64,000 bases of DNA, from contig QCFC01000002.1 of assembly GCA_003278465.1 (NCBI GenBank), positions 23,865-87,864 on the forward strand, read 5' to 3'. Under the pieces are notes generated by a model that was not told where the DNA came from, made no database searches, and saw nothing but the letters and a program-made list of their open reading frames with translations. The position numbers and the translations under genes are program-made. Of this stretch, positions 19,510-28,089 are shown in pieces; position 1 is the first letter of the stretch; every line of letters begins with the position of its first letter. Source of the DNA: Prochlorococcus sp. AG-363-B04. GTDB taxonomy: Bacteria > Cyanobacteriota > Cyanobacteriia > PCC-6307 > Cyanobiaceae.

Positions 19510-20098
19510 ATGCTTGGAATAAAAAAACTTGTTTGGAAATGATTCCTTTTTACTGGGATCCCTGTGAGAGCTATGGGAGCTAATGCTTTTAGCCTCCTTC
19601 CTGATGGTTGTCATACTTTTATTTGTAGTGGGTCTTTTTTTAATTATTTATTTCTTGTCTTAGGGGGGATTCAAAGTTTTATGCAAGGAATCTCCATGGC
19701 TTTTAGCTTTGGCCGTGATCTCTGATGCAGTAGTACCTATTCCTTTGCTCATTTGTATGATTTACCATCTTATTTGAATTAAATAGAAAAGAGAAATATC
19801 TTTATCTTTCATTGTTATGATGGAATTAATCTCCCTTTTTGTCTCTAGTCGGGAATTTCCTTTTAGTTTCCTCAGCTATTACCATTCAGCTTCATTTGAT
19901 TTAAATTCTAAATTTCTTTATGCAGGGTATTGGCTTGGTTGCTTTGCTTCAAGTGCTGCCTTTGACTGCAAAGGATAAAACCATTACGCCGCAATTGATC
20001 TGGGAAACCCATGTGGCTTTTTTGGCTTGATTCAATTATCTGTACTGCATAGAGAGTTAAATCAGATTTTCCTGAATTAAGAACGCTCCCGAGGTCTC

Positions 20099-20187
20099 CT
20101 AAATAAAGACCTTTAACTATTCCGTCCATATGAATTCAGCCCCTTGTAGTGTCTGGGGGGTATTTTGCCTTTTCTCTTTTACAAATT
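20099..20187 (+). promoter_or_regulatory. pcb 5' region, duplicated copy 1
   Basis: CTAAATAAAGACCTTTAACTATTCCGTCCATATGAATT.AGCCCCTTGTAG.GTCTGGG.GGTATTTTGCCTTTTCTCT is nearly identical to 21567-21654. Confidence 0.6.
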
Positions 20188-21243
20188 ATGCAGACCTATG
20201 GAAATCCAGACGTCACCTACGGGTGGTGGGCTGGTAATTCAGGGGTCACCAACCGCTCAGGCAAATTCATTGCAGCTCATGCCGCTCATACAGGCCTGAT
20301 TTGCTTCGCGGCTGGTGGCAGCACCCTTTGGGAACTTGCACGCTTTGACCCCACGGTTCCTATGGGGCATCAGAGCTCCATATTCCTCGCCCATTTGGCG
20401 TCTATCGGAATTGGATTTGACGAAGCTGGAGTGTGGACAGGGGCAGGTGTTGCCACAATCGCCATTCTTCACCTTGTGTTCTCCATGGTTTATGGAGGCG
20501 GTGGGCTATTGCACTCAGTGCTGTTCGTTGGCGATATGCAGGATTCACAGATTATCCAAGCCAGAAAGTTCAAATTGGAATGGGATAACCCTGACAATCA
20601 AACTTTCATACTTGGACACCATTTGCTTTTCTTTGGTGTCGCGAATATCTGGTTCGTTGAATGGGCCAGGATTCACGGTATTTATGATCCCGCTGTAGAA
20701 GCTATTCGCCAGGTTGAATACAACCTTGATGTTTCAGCTATTTGGAATCATCAGTTTGATTTTCTAACCATTGACAGTCTTGAAGATGTTATGGGAGGTC
20801 ATGCTTTCCTAGCTTTCTGGCAGATCATTGGTGGAGCCTTCCATATTGCTACTAAGCAAATTGGTGAATACACCAAATTTAAGGGAGCAGGCGTTTTATC
20901 CGCTGAAGCTATCCTTTCTTGGTCTCTAGCAGGTATTGGTTGGATGGCAATTGTTGCAGCTTTCTGGTGCTCAACAAATACCACTGTTTACCCAGAAGCT
21001 TGGTATGGAGAGGTCTTACAAATTAAATTTGGTGTGGCCCCTTACTGGATTGATACCGGCAACCTTTCTGATGGAAATGCCTTCTTTGGCCATACCACTC
21101 GTGCTGCTCTAACAAACGTTCACTATTATCTTGGATTCTTCTTTATTCAGGGTCATTTGTGGCATGCATTGCGAGCAATGGGTTTTGATTTCAAACGTCT
21201 TTGGGATAGAACTGGTCCATTTGGCATTCCCAGAACCCTTTGA
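20188..21243 (+). CDS. pcb: divinyl-chlorophyll a/b light-harvesting protein Pcb (IsiA/CP43 family)
   Basis: MQTYGNPDVTYGWWAGNSGVTNRSGKFIAAH... is the canonical Pcb N-terminus, with six-helix CP43-like organisation. ATG at 20188. Confidence 0.95.
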   Translation: MQTYGNPDVTYGWWAGNSGVTNRSGKFIAAHAAHTGLICFAAGGSTLWELARFDPTVPMGHQSSIFLAHLASIGIGFDEAGVWTGAGVATIAILHLVFSMVYGGGGLLHSVLFVGDMQDSQIIQARKFKLEWDNPDNQTFILGHHLLFFGVANIWFVEWARIHGIYDPAVEAIRQVEYNLDVSAIWNHQFDFLTIDSLEDVMGGHAFLAFWQIIGGAFHIATKQIGEYTKFKGAGVLSAEAILSWSLAGIGWMAIVAAFWCSTNTTVYPEAWYGEVLQIKFGVAPYWIDTGNLSDGNAFFGHTTRAALTNVHYYLGFFFIQGHLWHALRAMGFDFKRLWDRTGPFGIPRTL

Positions 21244-21300
21244 TAGTTAGTCACTTTCTAAATTCTTCAGGAAAATAGATTGACAACTCAGTTTTTAAAA

Positions 21301-21326
21301 GCCTCGTTGAAAAACGAGGCTTTTTC
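21301..21326 (+). terminator. intrinsic terminator after the first pcb
   Basis: GCCTCGTT-gaaa-AACGAGGC followed by TTTTT. Confidence 0.7.
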
Positions 21327-21566
21327 GTGTCTTTGCTCTTCTTTTTGTTGCAGTTGACGTAAGGTTGTTATATAGAGGTCAGAATCAGGTTTTCAATTGA
21401 AACTTCGAGATAGACGGAAATTTTGATTTTTGTTTTTAATCACTAAATTCCTTGCGGTGCAGTGACTTTATTGATGTCATGTCACTCTTTTGAATTCGAT
21501 TATGACAATGGTTTCGCCAGAACTGACATCAGATTTACCAGGATTTTGGAAACCTTAGAGGGATTT

Positions 21567-21654
21567 CTAAATAAAGACCTTTAACTATTCCGTCCATATG
21601 AATTGAGCCCCTTGTAGGGTCTGGGAGGTATTTTGCCTTTTCTCTCTTAAAATT
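21567..21654 (+). promoter_or_regulatory. pcb 5' region, duplicated copy 2
   Basis: Near-identical to 20099-20187 (offset about 1468 bp, one 1-nt indel). Confidence 0.6.
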
Positions 21655-22740
21655 ATGCAGACCTATGGAAATCCAGAGGTCACCTACGGGTGGTGGGCTG
21701 GTAATTCTGTGGTCACCAATCGCTCAGGCCGATTCATTTCCTCGCATGTTGCGCATACAGGATTGATTTGCTTCGCGGCTGGTGGGAGCACCCTTTGGGA
21801 GCTAGCACGCTTTGACCCCACGGTTCCTATGGGGCATCAGAGCTCTATATTCCTCGCCCATTTGGCGTCTATCGGAATTGGATTTGATGAAGCTGGAGTA
21901 TGGACGGGGGCAGGTGTTGCCTCAATCGCCATTCTTCACCTGGTGTTCTCCATGGTTTATGGAGGCGGTGGGCTAATGCATGCCGTACTTTTTGATGAGG
22001 ACCTCCAGGACAGTGAGATTATCCAAGCCAGAAAGTTCAAACTGGAATGGAAGGACCCTGACAACCAGACTTTTATTTTGGGCCACCATTTGATTTTCTT
22101 TGGTGTTGCATGTGTTTGGTTTGTTGAATGGGCCAGGATTCACGGTATCTATGACCCTGCAGTTGGTGCTATTCGTCAGGTTAATTACAACCTTGATCTG
22201 ACAATGATTTGGCATCGCCAATTTGATTTCTTAAGTATTGACAGTCTTGAGGATGTTATGGGAGGCCATGCATTCTTAGCCTTTGCTGAAATCACTGGAG
22301 GAGCTTTTCACATTATTGCTGGATCAACTCCATGGGAAAAGAAACGTCTTGGTGAATACAGCAAGTTCAAAGGAGCTGAACTGCTTTCTGCAGAAGCTGT
22401 TCTTTCTTGGTCACTTGCTGGTATTGGCTGGATGGCAATTGTTGCAGCTTTCTGGTGTGCGACAAATACCACGGTTTATCCAGAGGCATGGTATGGAGAG
22501 CCACTTCAACTTAAGTTTGCAGTCTCGCCTTATTGGATTGATACAGGTGATTTGTCAGATGGCACAGCTTTCTTGGGTCACTCCACAAGAGCAGCTTTAA
22601 CCAATGTCCATTATTACCTTGGTTTCTTTTACCTTCAAGGTCATTTCTGGCATGCTTTGCGTGCATTGGGATTTGATTTTAAGAAAGTAACTAGTGCGAT
22701 AGGTAATCAAAAGGATGCAACTTTTACAGTTAGTGGTTGA
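21655..22740 (+). CDS. pcb: divinyl-chlorophyll a/b light-harvesting protein Pcb
   Basis: MQTYGNPEVTYGWWAGNSVVTNRSGRF...; the first 330 nt are about 90 percent identical to the upstream pcb. Confidence 0.95.
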   Translation: MQTYGNPEVTYGWWAGNSVVTNRSGRFISSHVAHTGLICFAAGGSTLWELARFDPTVPMGHQSSIFLAHLASIGIGFDEAGVWTGAGVASIAILHLVFSMVYGGGGLMHAVLFDEDLQDSEIIQARKFKLEWKDPDNQTFILGHHLIFFGVACVWFVEWARIHGIYDPAVGAIRQVNYNLDLTMIWHRQFDFLSIDSLEDVMGGHAFLAFAEITGGAFHIIAGSTPWEKKRLGEYSKFKGAELLSAEAVLSWSLAGIGWMAIVAAFWCATNTTVYPEAWYGEPLQLKFAVSPYWIDTGDLSDGTAFLGHSTRAALTNVHYYLGFFYLQGHFWHALRALGFDFKKVTSAIGNQKDATFTVSG

Positions 22741-22785
22741 TCTTTTTAGATACATCATTAATTTGTAATAAGAAAACCTTTTAAA

Positions 22786-22827
22786 CGAAAAAAAAACCTC
22801 ACTAATTTAGTTGAGGTTTTTTTTTCG
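22786..22827 (+). terminator. A9-stem-T9 bidirectional-type terminator after the second pcb
   Basis: CGAAAAAAAAACCTCA-loop-TGAGGTTTTTTTTTCG. Confidence 0.7.
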
Positions 22828-23439
22828 TTTTACCTTATTGATAGATAGGAGATTTGAAGAGCTCTTACTTGCTCTTTGGATAAAGTCTTGCAATTGCTTT
22901 CGCTTGTGCTTTATCCTTTGCAGCTTGTACTCTTTTCCTTTTTATATCTCTAAGTACGATGCCTGGAGTAAACCAAATAATTGGTATCGCCATAAGGAAG
23001 AGAAGATGGGCAATATCCAAAATAATGATTTGTATGTAGTTACAAATAAAATAATTGATTGGCCCGCTTTTCGTACTATTAAAACACCTTTTATAACCAA
23101 AGATTAACCTCTTATGATCTTTATAGATAAATTTGATGAGGGCTAAGTTGTTTTAAGTGGTTAAAATAATTTGTTGAGTCGAGTTTTTGTTGTTTCTTAT
23201 CTACTTTATTGAATTGTATTAGTTTTTTTTAATTCTTTTTGATGAGGCTTCAAAAGAGAATAAATTGTAATGATAAATTATTTTGTTGTAGGGTAAATCC
23301 TTTGTTTTTTCTATCGCTATTTACTTTTCGATTTTTTCTGATCAGAAATCAAAGGCCTTTTAGAATCATTTTGTTAAAGTTGACTGGATTTTCTCATGCT
23401 TGATGGAAAAATAGAGAAAAGTAAGATTTGATTTTTATT

Positions 23440-23658
23440 ATGGAGTTGTCATTGTCTCAGCTGCAACCTCTGAGCTTTGTAATTGGTCCAATGGTTGTTG
23501 CGACAGTTCTTTTTTCAAGACAATTACCAAAGGGGGGAAAGAAATCCCAGGAAAATCGAGTATTACTTAGGCAGCTACTTGAAAATTTTGATTTGGAAAT
23601 TCCAGATGAACTGAATGAAAGTGATGAAAATATTGTTAGACCGATTAAGACTAATTAA
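23440..23658 (+). CDS. hypothetical small membrane protein
   Basis: MELSLSQLQPLSFVIGPMVVATVLF...; ATG at 23440 is preferred to the TTG at 23428. Confidence 0.35.
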   Translation: MELSLSQLQPLSFVIGPMVVATVLFSRQLPKGGKKSQENRVLLRQLLENFDLEIPDELNESDENIVRPIKTN

Positions 23659-23766
23659 ATGGATAACGACTTATATATCCCTATTTTTTGGACATTCGTA
23701 GTTGGAATAATACTTTTTATTGGCGTTAGGAGATTAGCTAAAAAATTACCACAAGAAAAAAAATAA
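23659..23766 (+). CDS. possible 35-aa single-TM mini-protein
   Basis: My translation is MDNDLYIPIFWTFVVGIILFIGVRRLAKKLPQEKK; it starts immediately after the previous stop. Confidence 0.3.
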   Translation: MDNDLYIPIFWTFVVGIILFIGVRRLAKKLPQEKK

Positions 23767-23880
23767 GCTGGTTGAGTGTGACTAAATCTCAATCAACTTA
23801 TAAAATGACCCAAGTTATGCAGTATTTTTGATTAGCTTCTTTTGTTATCTGTAAGACAAGCCTTGATGTAATAGCTCTTT

Positions 23881-24078
23881 CTAGAACCCTTTTGATTTAG
23901 AATTTTTAGAAGTTCTTATTTTTGACTCTTTCTCTGTCCTCTTTGTAAGATTAGAGAATAAAATCGTGATTGAAATTATCATAGTAATTAAAAAAAATAT
24001 CATTGACCATATAATGGCCTTGCTTGTAGGCGTTAGTCCCTGTAGAGACAGGGACTGGATTAAAGATGAAAATTCCAT
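23881..24078 (-). CDS. hypothetical small membrane protein
   Basis: 65-aa ORF with one TM helix and a basic tail. Confidence 0.3.
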   Translation of the reverse strand: MEFSSLIQSLSLQGLTPTSKAIIWSMIFFLITMIISITILFSNLTKRTEKESKIRTSKNSKSKGF

Positions 24079-24176
24079 CTTTAAGCTTTGGTCCTCTAAG
24101 ATAACTATAAAGATAAATCTATGTTTTATGCATTATTTGTTTATATAGCTATTAATAAGTAAGTTGTATTTTATTT

Positions 24177-24329
24177 ATGAGATCAGAACGTATAGAAAAA
24201 TCTGAAGATTTTAGATATGAGTTTTTTCAACGTTTGAAGTTTATTTGGCCGTCTTTCTTGATTGTTGTTGGAATCTTCCTTTTTGTAATACTTAATGGCT
24301 TGGGACTGAAATTTGATTTTTTCAATTAA
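24177..24329 (+). CDS. possible 50-aa single-TM mini-protein
   Basis: My translation is MRSERIEKSEDFRYEFFQRLKFIWPSFLIVVGIFLFVILNGLGLKFDFFN. Confidence 0.3.
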   Translation: MRSERIEKSEDFRYEFFQRLKFIWPSFLIVVGIFLFVILNGLGLKFDFFN

Positions 24330-24486
24330 TGGCTGAATTTTAAAAAAAATCTAAAACTCCTATTCATATAGAAATTTCTCTATTGATAATTCAATAGCAT
24401 CAGGTGTAACCTAGTAATAGTTTATACTTATAGTAATTTAATAGATATGCTGAAAACTTTTTTTTATTGGGTAGGGAATAAATAAA

Positions 24487-25131
24487 GTGACTAATAAAAT
24501 TTTGCTTGATTCTCAAAGATTTAAAGAAGATAATTCTGATGATTCTATCTTTTATGCTCATCCACGTTTTGTCCATCATTTGGATGAAGGGTTCAGGCTT
24601 AGACTCACGCAGTTATATAGAGAAAGGATCCCTAGTGAATCCATAGTTCTTGATTTGATGAGTAGTTGGGTCAGTCACCTGCCAAAAGAGATTAATTATA
24701 AAAAGGTTATAGGCCATGGACTTAATCAAATAGAGTTAGAAAAAAATTATCGATTAGATGATTTCTGGATACAAGATTTTAATAAGGATCAAAGGTTCCC
24801 TTTAGAAGATCACTCTATTGACTATTGTTTGATGACTGCAGCTTGGCAATATCTACAAGAACCAGAAGAGATTGCAGTTGAAATTAAAAGGATAATTAAA
24901 CCTAGTGGAGAATTGATAGTCTCTTTTTCTAATCGTGCTTTTTGGTCTAAAGCACCAAGAATATGGACTGATGGTAGTGATTTAGATCACATTAATTATA
25001 TAAAGTCTGTTCTCATTTCTCAAGGATGGAAGAAATTAAGTCATTTGCAAGAGATAACAAAATCTCCGCGATTTTTAGGACTATATAGCAGTTATGGAGA
25101 TCCTTTTTTCTCGGTATTAGCTTCTCCTTAA
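24487..25131 (+). CDS. class I SAM-dependent methyltransferase-like protein
   Basis: VLDLMSSWVSHLP (motif I-like) and IIKPSGELIVSFSN (post-motif II-like); GTG start. Confidence 0.6.
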   Translation: MTNKILLDSQRFKEDNSDDSIFYAHPRFVHHLDEGFRLRLTQLYRERIPSESIVLDLMSSWVSHLPKEINYKKVIGHGLNQIELEKNYRLDDFWIQDFNKDQRFPLEDHSIDYCLMTAAWQYLQEPEEIAVEIKRIIKPSGELIVSFSNRAFWSKAPRIWTDGSDLDHINYIKSVLISQGWKKLSHLQEITKSPRFLGLYSSYGDPFFSVLASP

Positions 25132-25202
25132 TTGTTTTTTGGTTTAAGGATAAAAATAAAAAACTATTAAGTCTAATTTTTTGTGGAATGTCAATATCTA
25201 GG

Positions 25203-25243
25203 AAAAAAAAAGCAACACCCAAAGGTTACTAAGGGTGCTGCTG
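25203..25243 (-). terminator. intrinsic terminator of the porin gene
   Basis: Minus strand reads AGCAGCACCC-loop-GGGTGTTGCT followed by T9. Confidence 0.65.
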
Positions 25244-25287
25244 TTTTTTCTTAGCCAGAATTATCTGCTAAGTAACCTTTAGATAGA

Positions 25288-26679
25288 TCAGAAGCTAAAG
25301 GTTGTTTTTACGAGACCACCAGTGATGTCATCAGCTCCATCTTTCTCAATTGTGAAGAGAGAAGGTGTCACGGTAACGCTGTCACTTACTGCCATTGAGT
25401 AATAAACCTCGTAGGCAAGAGGATCATCGTAGCCAGAGTCGTCTCTATGGCCTTCAGCTGTGCCGACAGCAACGCCAAGGTTGTTGCCTTCAACACCGAA
25501 GTCGCTCCAAACCACTCCAATAGTCCAAGTGGTTTCATCTTCGATGTTCCCGGCGTCATCTTCCTTGTCAGGAGTTTTCCAACCCATGCCGGCACTGATG
25601 GAAACACCGTTATCGAGATCGTAAACTCCGCTTAGTCCCCAAGCGTCGTAATCGTCTTTGTTAGCTGTGTTGGTTTTGTTGCCAGCATCAGCAGAGGTGT
25701 AAGCAGCAGCAACTGTAAAGTTGTCACCAACCCAAGCAAGCTGGGCTGTTACGTCATCAGAACCTTCGTCGGTGAGAACACCTTTAGAAGCGTCAGAACC
25801 GTTTTCTGATACGAAAGCAACAGTTGCGCTGATGTTTTCGTTAGTCCAAGTCAGGCCTGCGCCAGAACCCATTGTTAGTGGATAAGCAGCACTAGCACCT
25901 GCAACGGTCAATACATCAAGAATGGCATCTCCAGGATAGGAACTTGGCCATACACCAAGCATGTCATCTTGACGTACTACTGCGCCTACAGTTGCAGTTA
26001 AAGAATCACCAACTGGGAATTGGTAAAAGCTTCTGTGGATTTCAAGATCGTTAGCAAAAGCAGTCTCAAGGAAAGCATCACCATCCTTGCCAAATGGATC
26101 GCTATTAGAGAAGTTGCCTGAGCGAATTACAGTTTTAAGGAGATCTTCGCCAGTGAAGCTTGATGTAAGAGCGATCTGGGTGTCGTAATTGAAGGTAACA
26201 GCTTCTTTGTCTGTTACTCCATCAACTCCACCGATAACAAATTTTGTAGAACCTGAAAGTTTGGTGGTTCCGGAGAATTGACCAGCTTCAAATTCGCCAA
26301 CAGTTCCTTCAAGACTGTCTACGCGACCTTTGATTACTGCAAGTTCAGGAGCGAACTCGTTGATCAAGCGACGCTCTTCCTCGGTTACCTGAGCTACTTC
26401 GCTAAGGCACTTGTTTAAAAGAGCAGCAGCTTCATAGCGGCTAATGCTTCCATTTGGGGTTGCAGCAACACAACCATGACGCTCAGCCAAGTTGGTTAAT
26501 GCTTGATATGCCCAGTCAGTTGGGTATAGATCAGAGAATTGAGAGATGCTCTTTACTTCTTCGCTAGAAGCGGAGTAGTCAGATACACCGTTGAGATTTA
26601 GGTCAGCAGCATTTGCAGCCATTGGTGCCATTAAGCCCAATGCAGCAGGTGCTACCAGCAGTTGCTGGAAGAGTTTCAT
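25288..26679 (-). CDS. outer-membrane porin, SLH domain plus OprB-like beta-barrel (Som type)
   Basis: Signal peptide, SLH motif (YPTDWAYQALTNLAERHGC), a coiled linker, then an alternating beta-strand region ending in F. Confidence 0.9.
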   Translation of the reverse strand: MKLFQQLLVAPAALGLMAPMAANAADLNLNGVSDYSASSEEVKSISQFSDLYPTDWAYQALTNLAERHGCVAATPNGSISRYEAAALLNKCLSEVAQVTEEERRLINEFAPELAVIKGRVDSLEGTVGEFEAGQFSGTTKLSGSTKFVIGGVDGVTDKEAVTFNYDTQIALTSSFTGEDLLKTVIRSGNFSNSDPFGKDGDAFLETAFANDLEIHRSFYQFPVGDSLTATVGAVVRQDDMLGVWPSSYPGDAILDVLTVAGASAAYPLTMGSGAGLTWTNENISATVAFVSENGSDASKGVLTDEGSDDVTAQLAWVGDNFTVAAAYTSADAGNKTNTANKDDYDAWGLSGVYDLDNGVSISAGMGWKTPDKEDDAGNIEDETTWTIGVVWSDFGVEGNNLGVAVGTAEGHRDDSGYDDPLAYEVYYSMAVSDSVTVTPSLFTIEKDGADDITGGLVKTTFSF

Positions 26680-26685
26680 TTAGGG

Positions 26686-26696
26686 ATTCCTCACAC
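26686..26696 (-). promoter_or_regulatory. porin 5' UTR / SD segment complementary to the Yfr1 core motif
   Basis: mRNA sense GUGUGAGGAAU lies 7-17 nt upstream of the ATG. Nine contiguous nt are complementary to the UCCUCACAC of the Yfr1 at 54998-55056. Confidence 0.5.
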
Positions 26697-27157
26697 GGAA
26701 ATGCGCAAAGCGCATACCTATAATGCACCTTAAAGGGTTTTTGGTCACTTATTAATGTGCCATTATTAACATTAGCTGTCTTGGGGAGTTTGTCTTTTTT
26801 TGACTTGAGATCGGATCTCGGGGAAGATTTTTCTTGGATTTACGTTGTATTTTTTATTCTGAATAGGCCTCTAGTAGAGGATTGGACTTAAAAGGTTGGT
26901 TTGTAGTGCCTCAAGATGATTCCTTCATTGAATAATTCAAGATTTAAAGACTTAAAGCTAAGATCTTAGTCTTGTCTTTGGTTGAATAATAGTAAATATT
27001 GACCGAATAAATTATATTTAATTGTATCTACGTCAAATTCTTTTGGATATAAATTAACATATTAGATAGATAATTATACATTTGGTTTCATCGTTGGCTA
27101 AGCAAGTTTTCTTGTTAGATTATGAATGTTTTAATTCTGCTTTCACCCAATTAAGAC

Positions 27158-27373
27158 ATGGCTTTAGATCAATTGAAATCTTTTCTGCATAAGATGCAGG
27201 AAGATAAAAATTTGAAGGATGAAGTTCTTTCTTCTTCTACTGCCGATGATGTAGCAAAAATTGCCCAGAGACTTGGTTACGATGTTTCTGGTGATGAGTT
27301 GCTTAGGTTCTCAGGAGAGAAGGTTGGGAAGGTAACCGTAAAAAAGAATGATTTGCCTGGTGAATACAATTAA
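27158..27373 (+). CDS. Nif11-domain small protein (Nif11-type leader-like peptide)
   Basis: MALDQLKSFLHKMQEDKNLKDEVLSSSTADDVAKIAQRLGYDVSGDEL matches the Nif11 N-terminal domain pattern; 20-aa tail. Confidence 0.75.
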   Translation: MALDQLKSFLHKMQEDKNLKDEVLSSSTADDVAKIAQRLGYDVSGDELLRFSGEKVGKVTVKKNDLPGEYN

Positions 27374-27520
27374 TTTTGTTCATTACTCAAATCAATACCT
27401 TTCAAAAAAGCTTGACTACTCAATGTTTCACTCACCACTTTACTTGAGAAGGGAATCACACAAAGGAAATCCACTACCTATAGTGCTTTTTTGAATATCT
27501 CATTAGGGATCAATTAGAAC

Positions 27521-27838
27521 ATGTTTCGCAAAGAAGAAAAAAAGGCACTAACCCGCCTGGCAGTTCTCTCTATTGGTTGGCCTGCTGGGCTCGATCGTTT
27601 CTACGATGGAAAAACTCGTGATGGGATTTTCTCCATTTTGGGGTGGCTTCTTGTTTTTGGAAGCATATTGTTGTTTTCTCCCTGTCCCAGTGCCTTGCAA
27701 GAGGGCGGCGGGCTTGCAGAGATTCCTTCTCCTAATCCTTTAGTAATTGTTCCATTAGCTTTTGGAGCATATGGGGCATTTTTGATCTTGCGTAAGGGTT
27801 TCCGTCTTTTGCGCCAATTTGAAACAGCCGAGGATTAA
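27521..27838 (+). CDS. TM2 domain-containing membrane protein
   Basis: GLDRFYDGKTRDGIFSILGWLLVFG resembles the TM2 motif (GxxRFYxG); two TM helices. Confidence 0.65.
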   Translation: MFRKEEKKALTRLAVLSIGWPAGLDRFYDGKTRDGIFSILGWLLVFGSILLFSPCPSALQEGGGLAEIPSPNPLVIVPLAFGAYGAFLILRKGFRLLRQFETAED

Positions 27839-28089
27839 ATTTTTACTTACTAGGAGTCTCTCAAGACTCCTAGTAAATTTTTTTAGGGGCAACTCAGAGT
27901 AATTTATTGAATAAAATCTTCTTGGAGAAAGAGTGGTTTTTTTAGTCAAAACCACTGCCTAGCAATGGTTTTCAGAGATCTTATGCCCTTGAACTTATTA
28001 GCGACAGTGTTAAACCTGGAAAAAGCTCATACTTCTAAGGCACATTTGAGTCTAGGGTGCCCTGCGTATTACGCCTTGCACTCTTAATT

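Noticed and set aside
19908-20129. 73-aa minus-strand ORF just upstream of the first pcb
   Set aside because: Its 5' end lies in the duplicated pcb 5' region. In the second copy (about 21540-21600) the same frame terminates after about 18 codons, so conservation is at the DNA/regulatory level, not the protein level.
20257-22600. Multiple ORFs inside or antisense to the pcb genes (20257-20472, 20315-20698, 20799-20984, 21973-22221, 22283-22600; likewise 28084-28924 in the third pcb)
   Set aside because: They are shadow ORFs within unambiguous Pcb coding sequence. They arise because the pcb genes are relatively GC-rich and so stop-poor in other frames.
22811-23107. 98-aa plus-strand ORF after the second pcb
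   Set aside because: It starts inside the terminator T-run and has low-complexity Phe/Leu-rich composition typical of AT-rich non-coding DNA. A short minus-strand TM ORF in the same place was also considered, but I could not fix its frame or start reliably.
27158-27373. Calling the Nif11 peptide a prochlorosin (lanthipeptide) precursor
   Set aside because: There is no double-glycine cleavage site, no Cys in the 20-aa tail, and no LanM-type or transporter gene in the window. It is kept only as an orphan Nif11-domain peptide.
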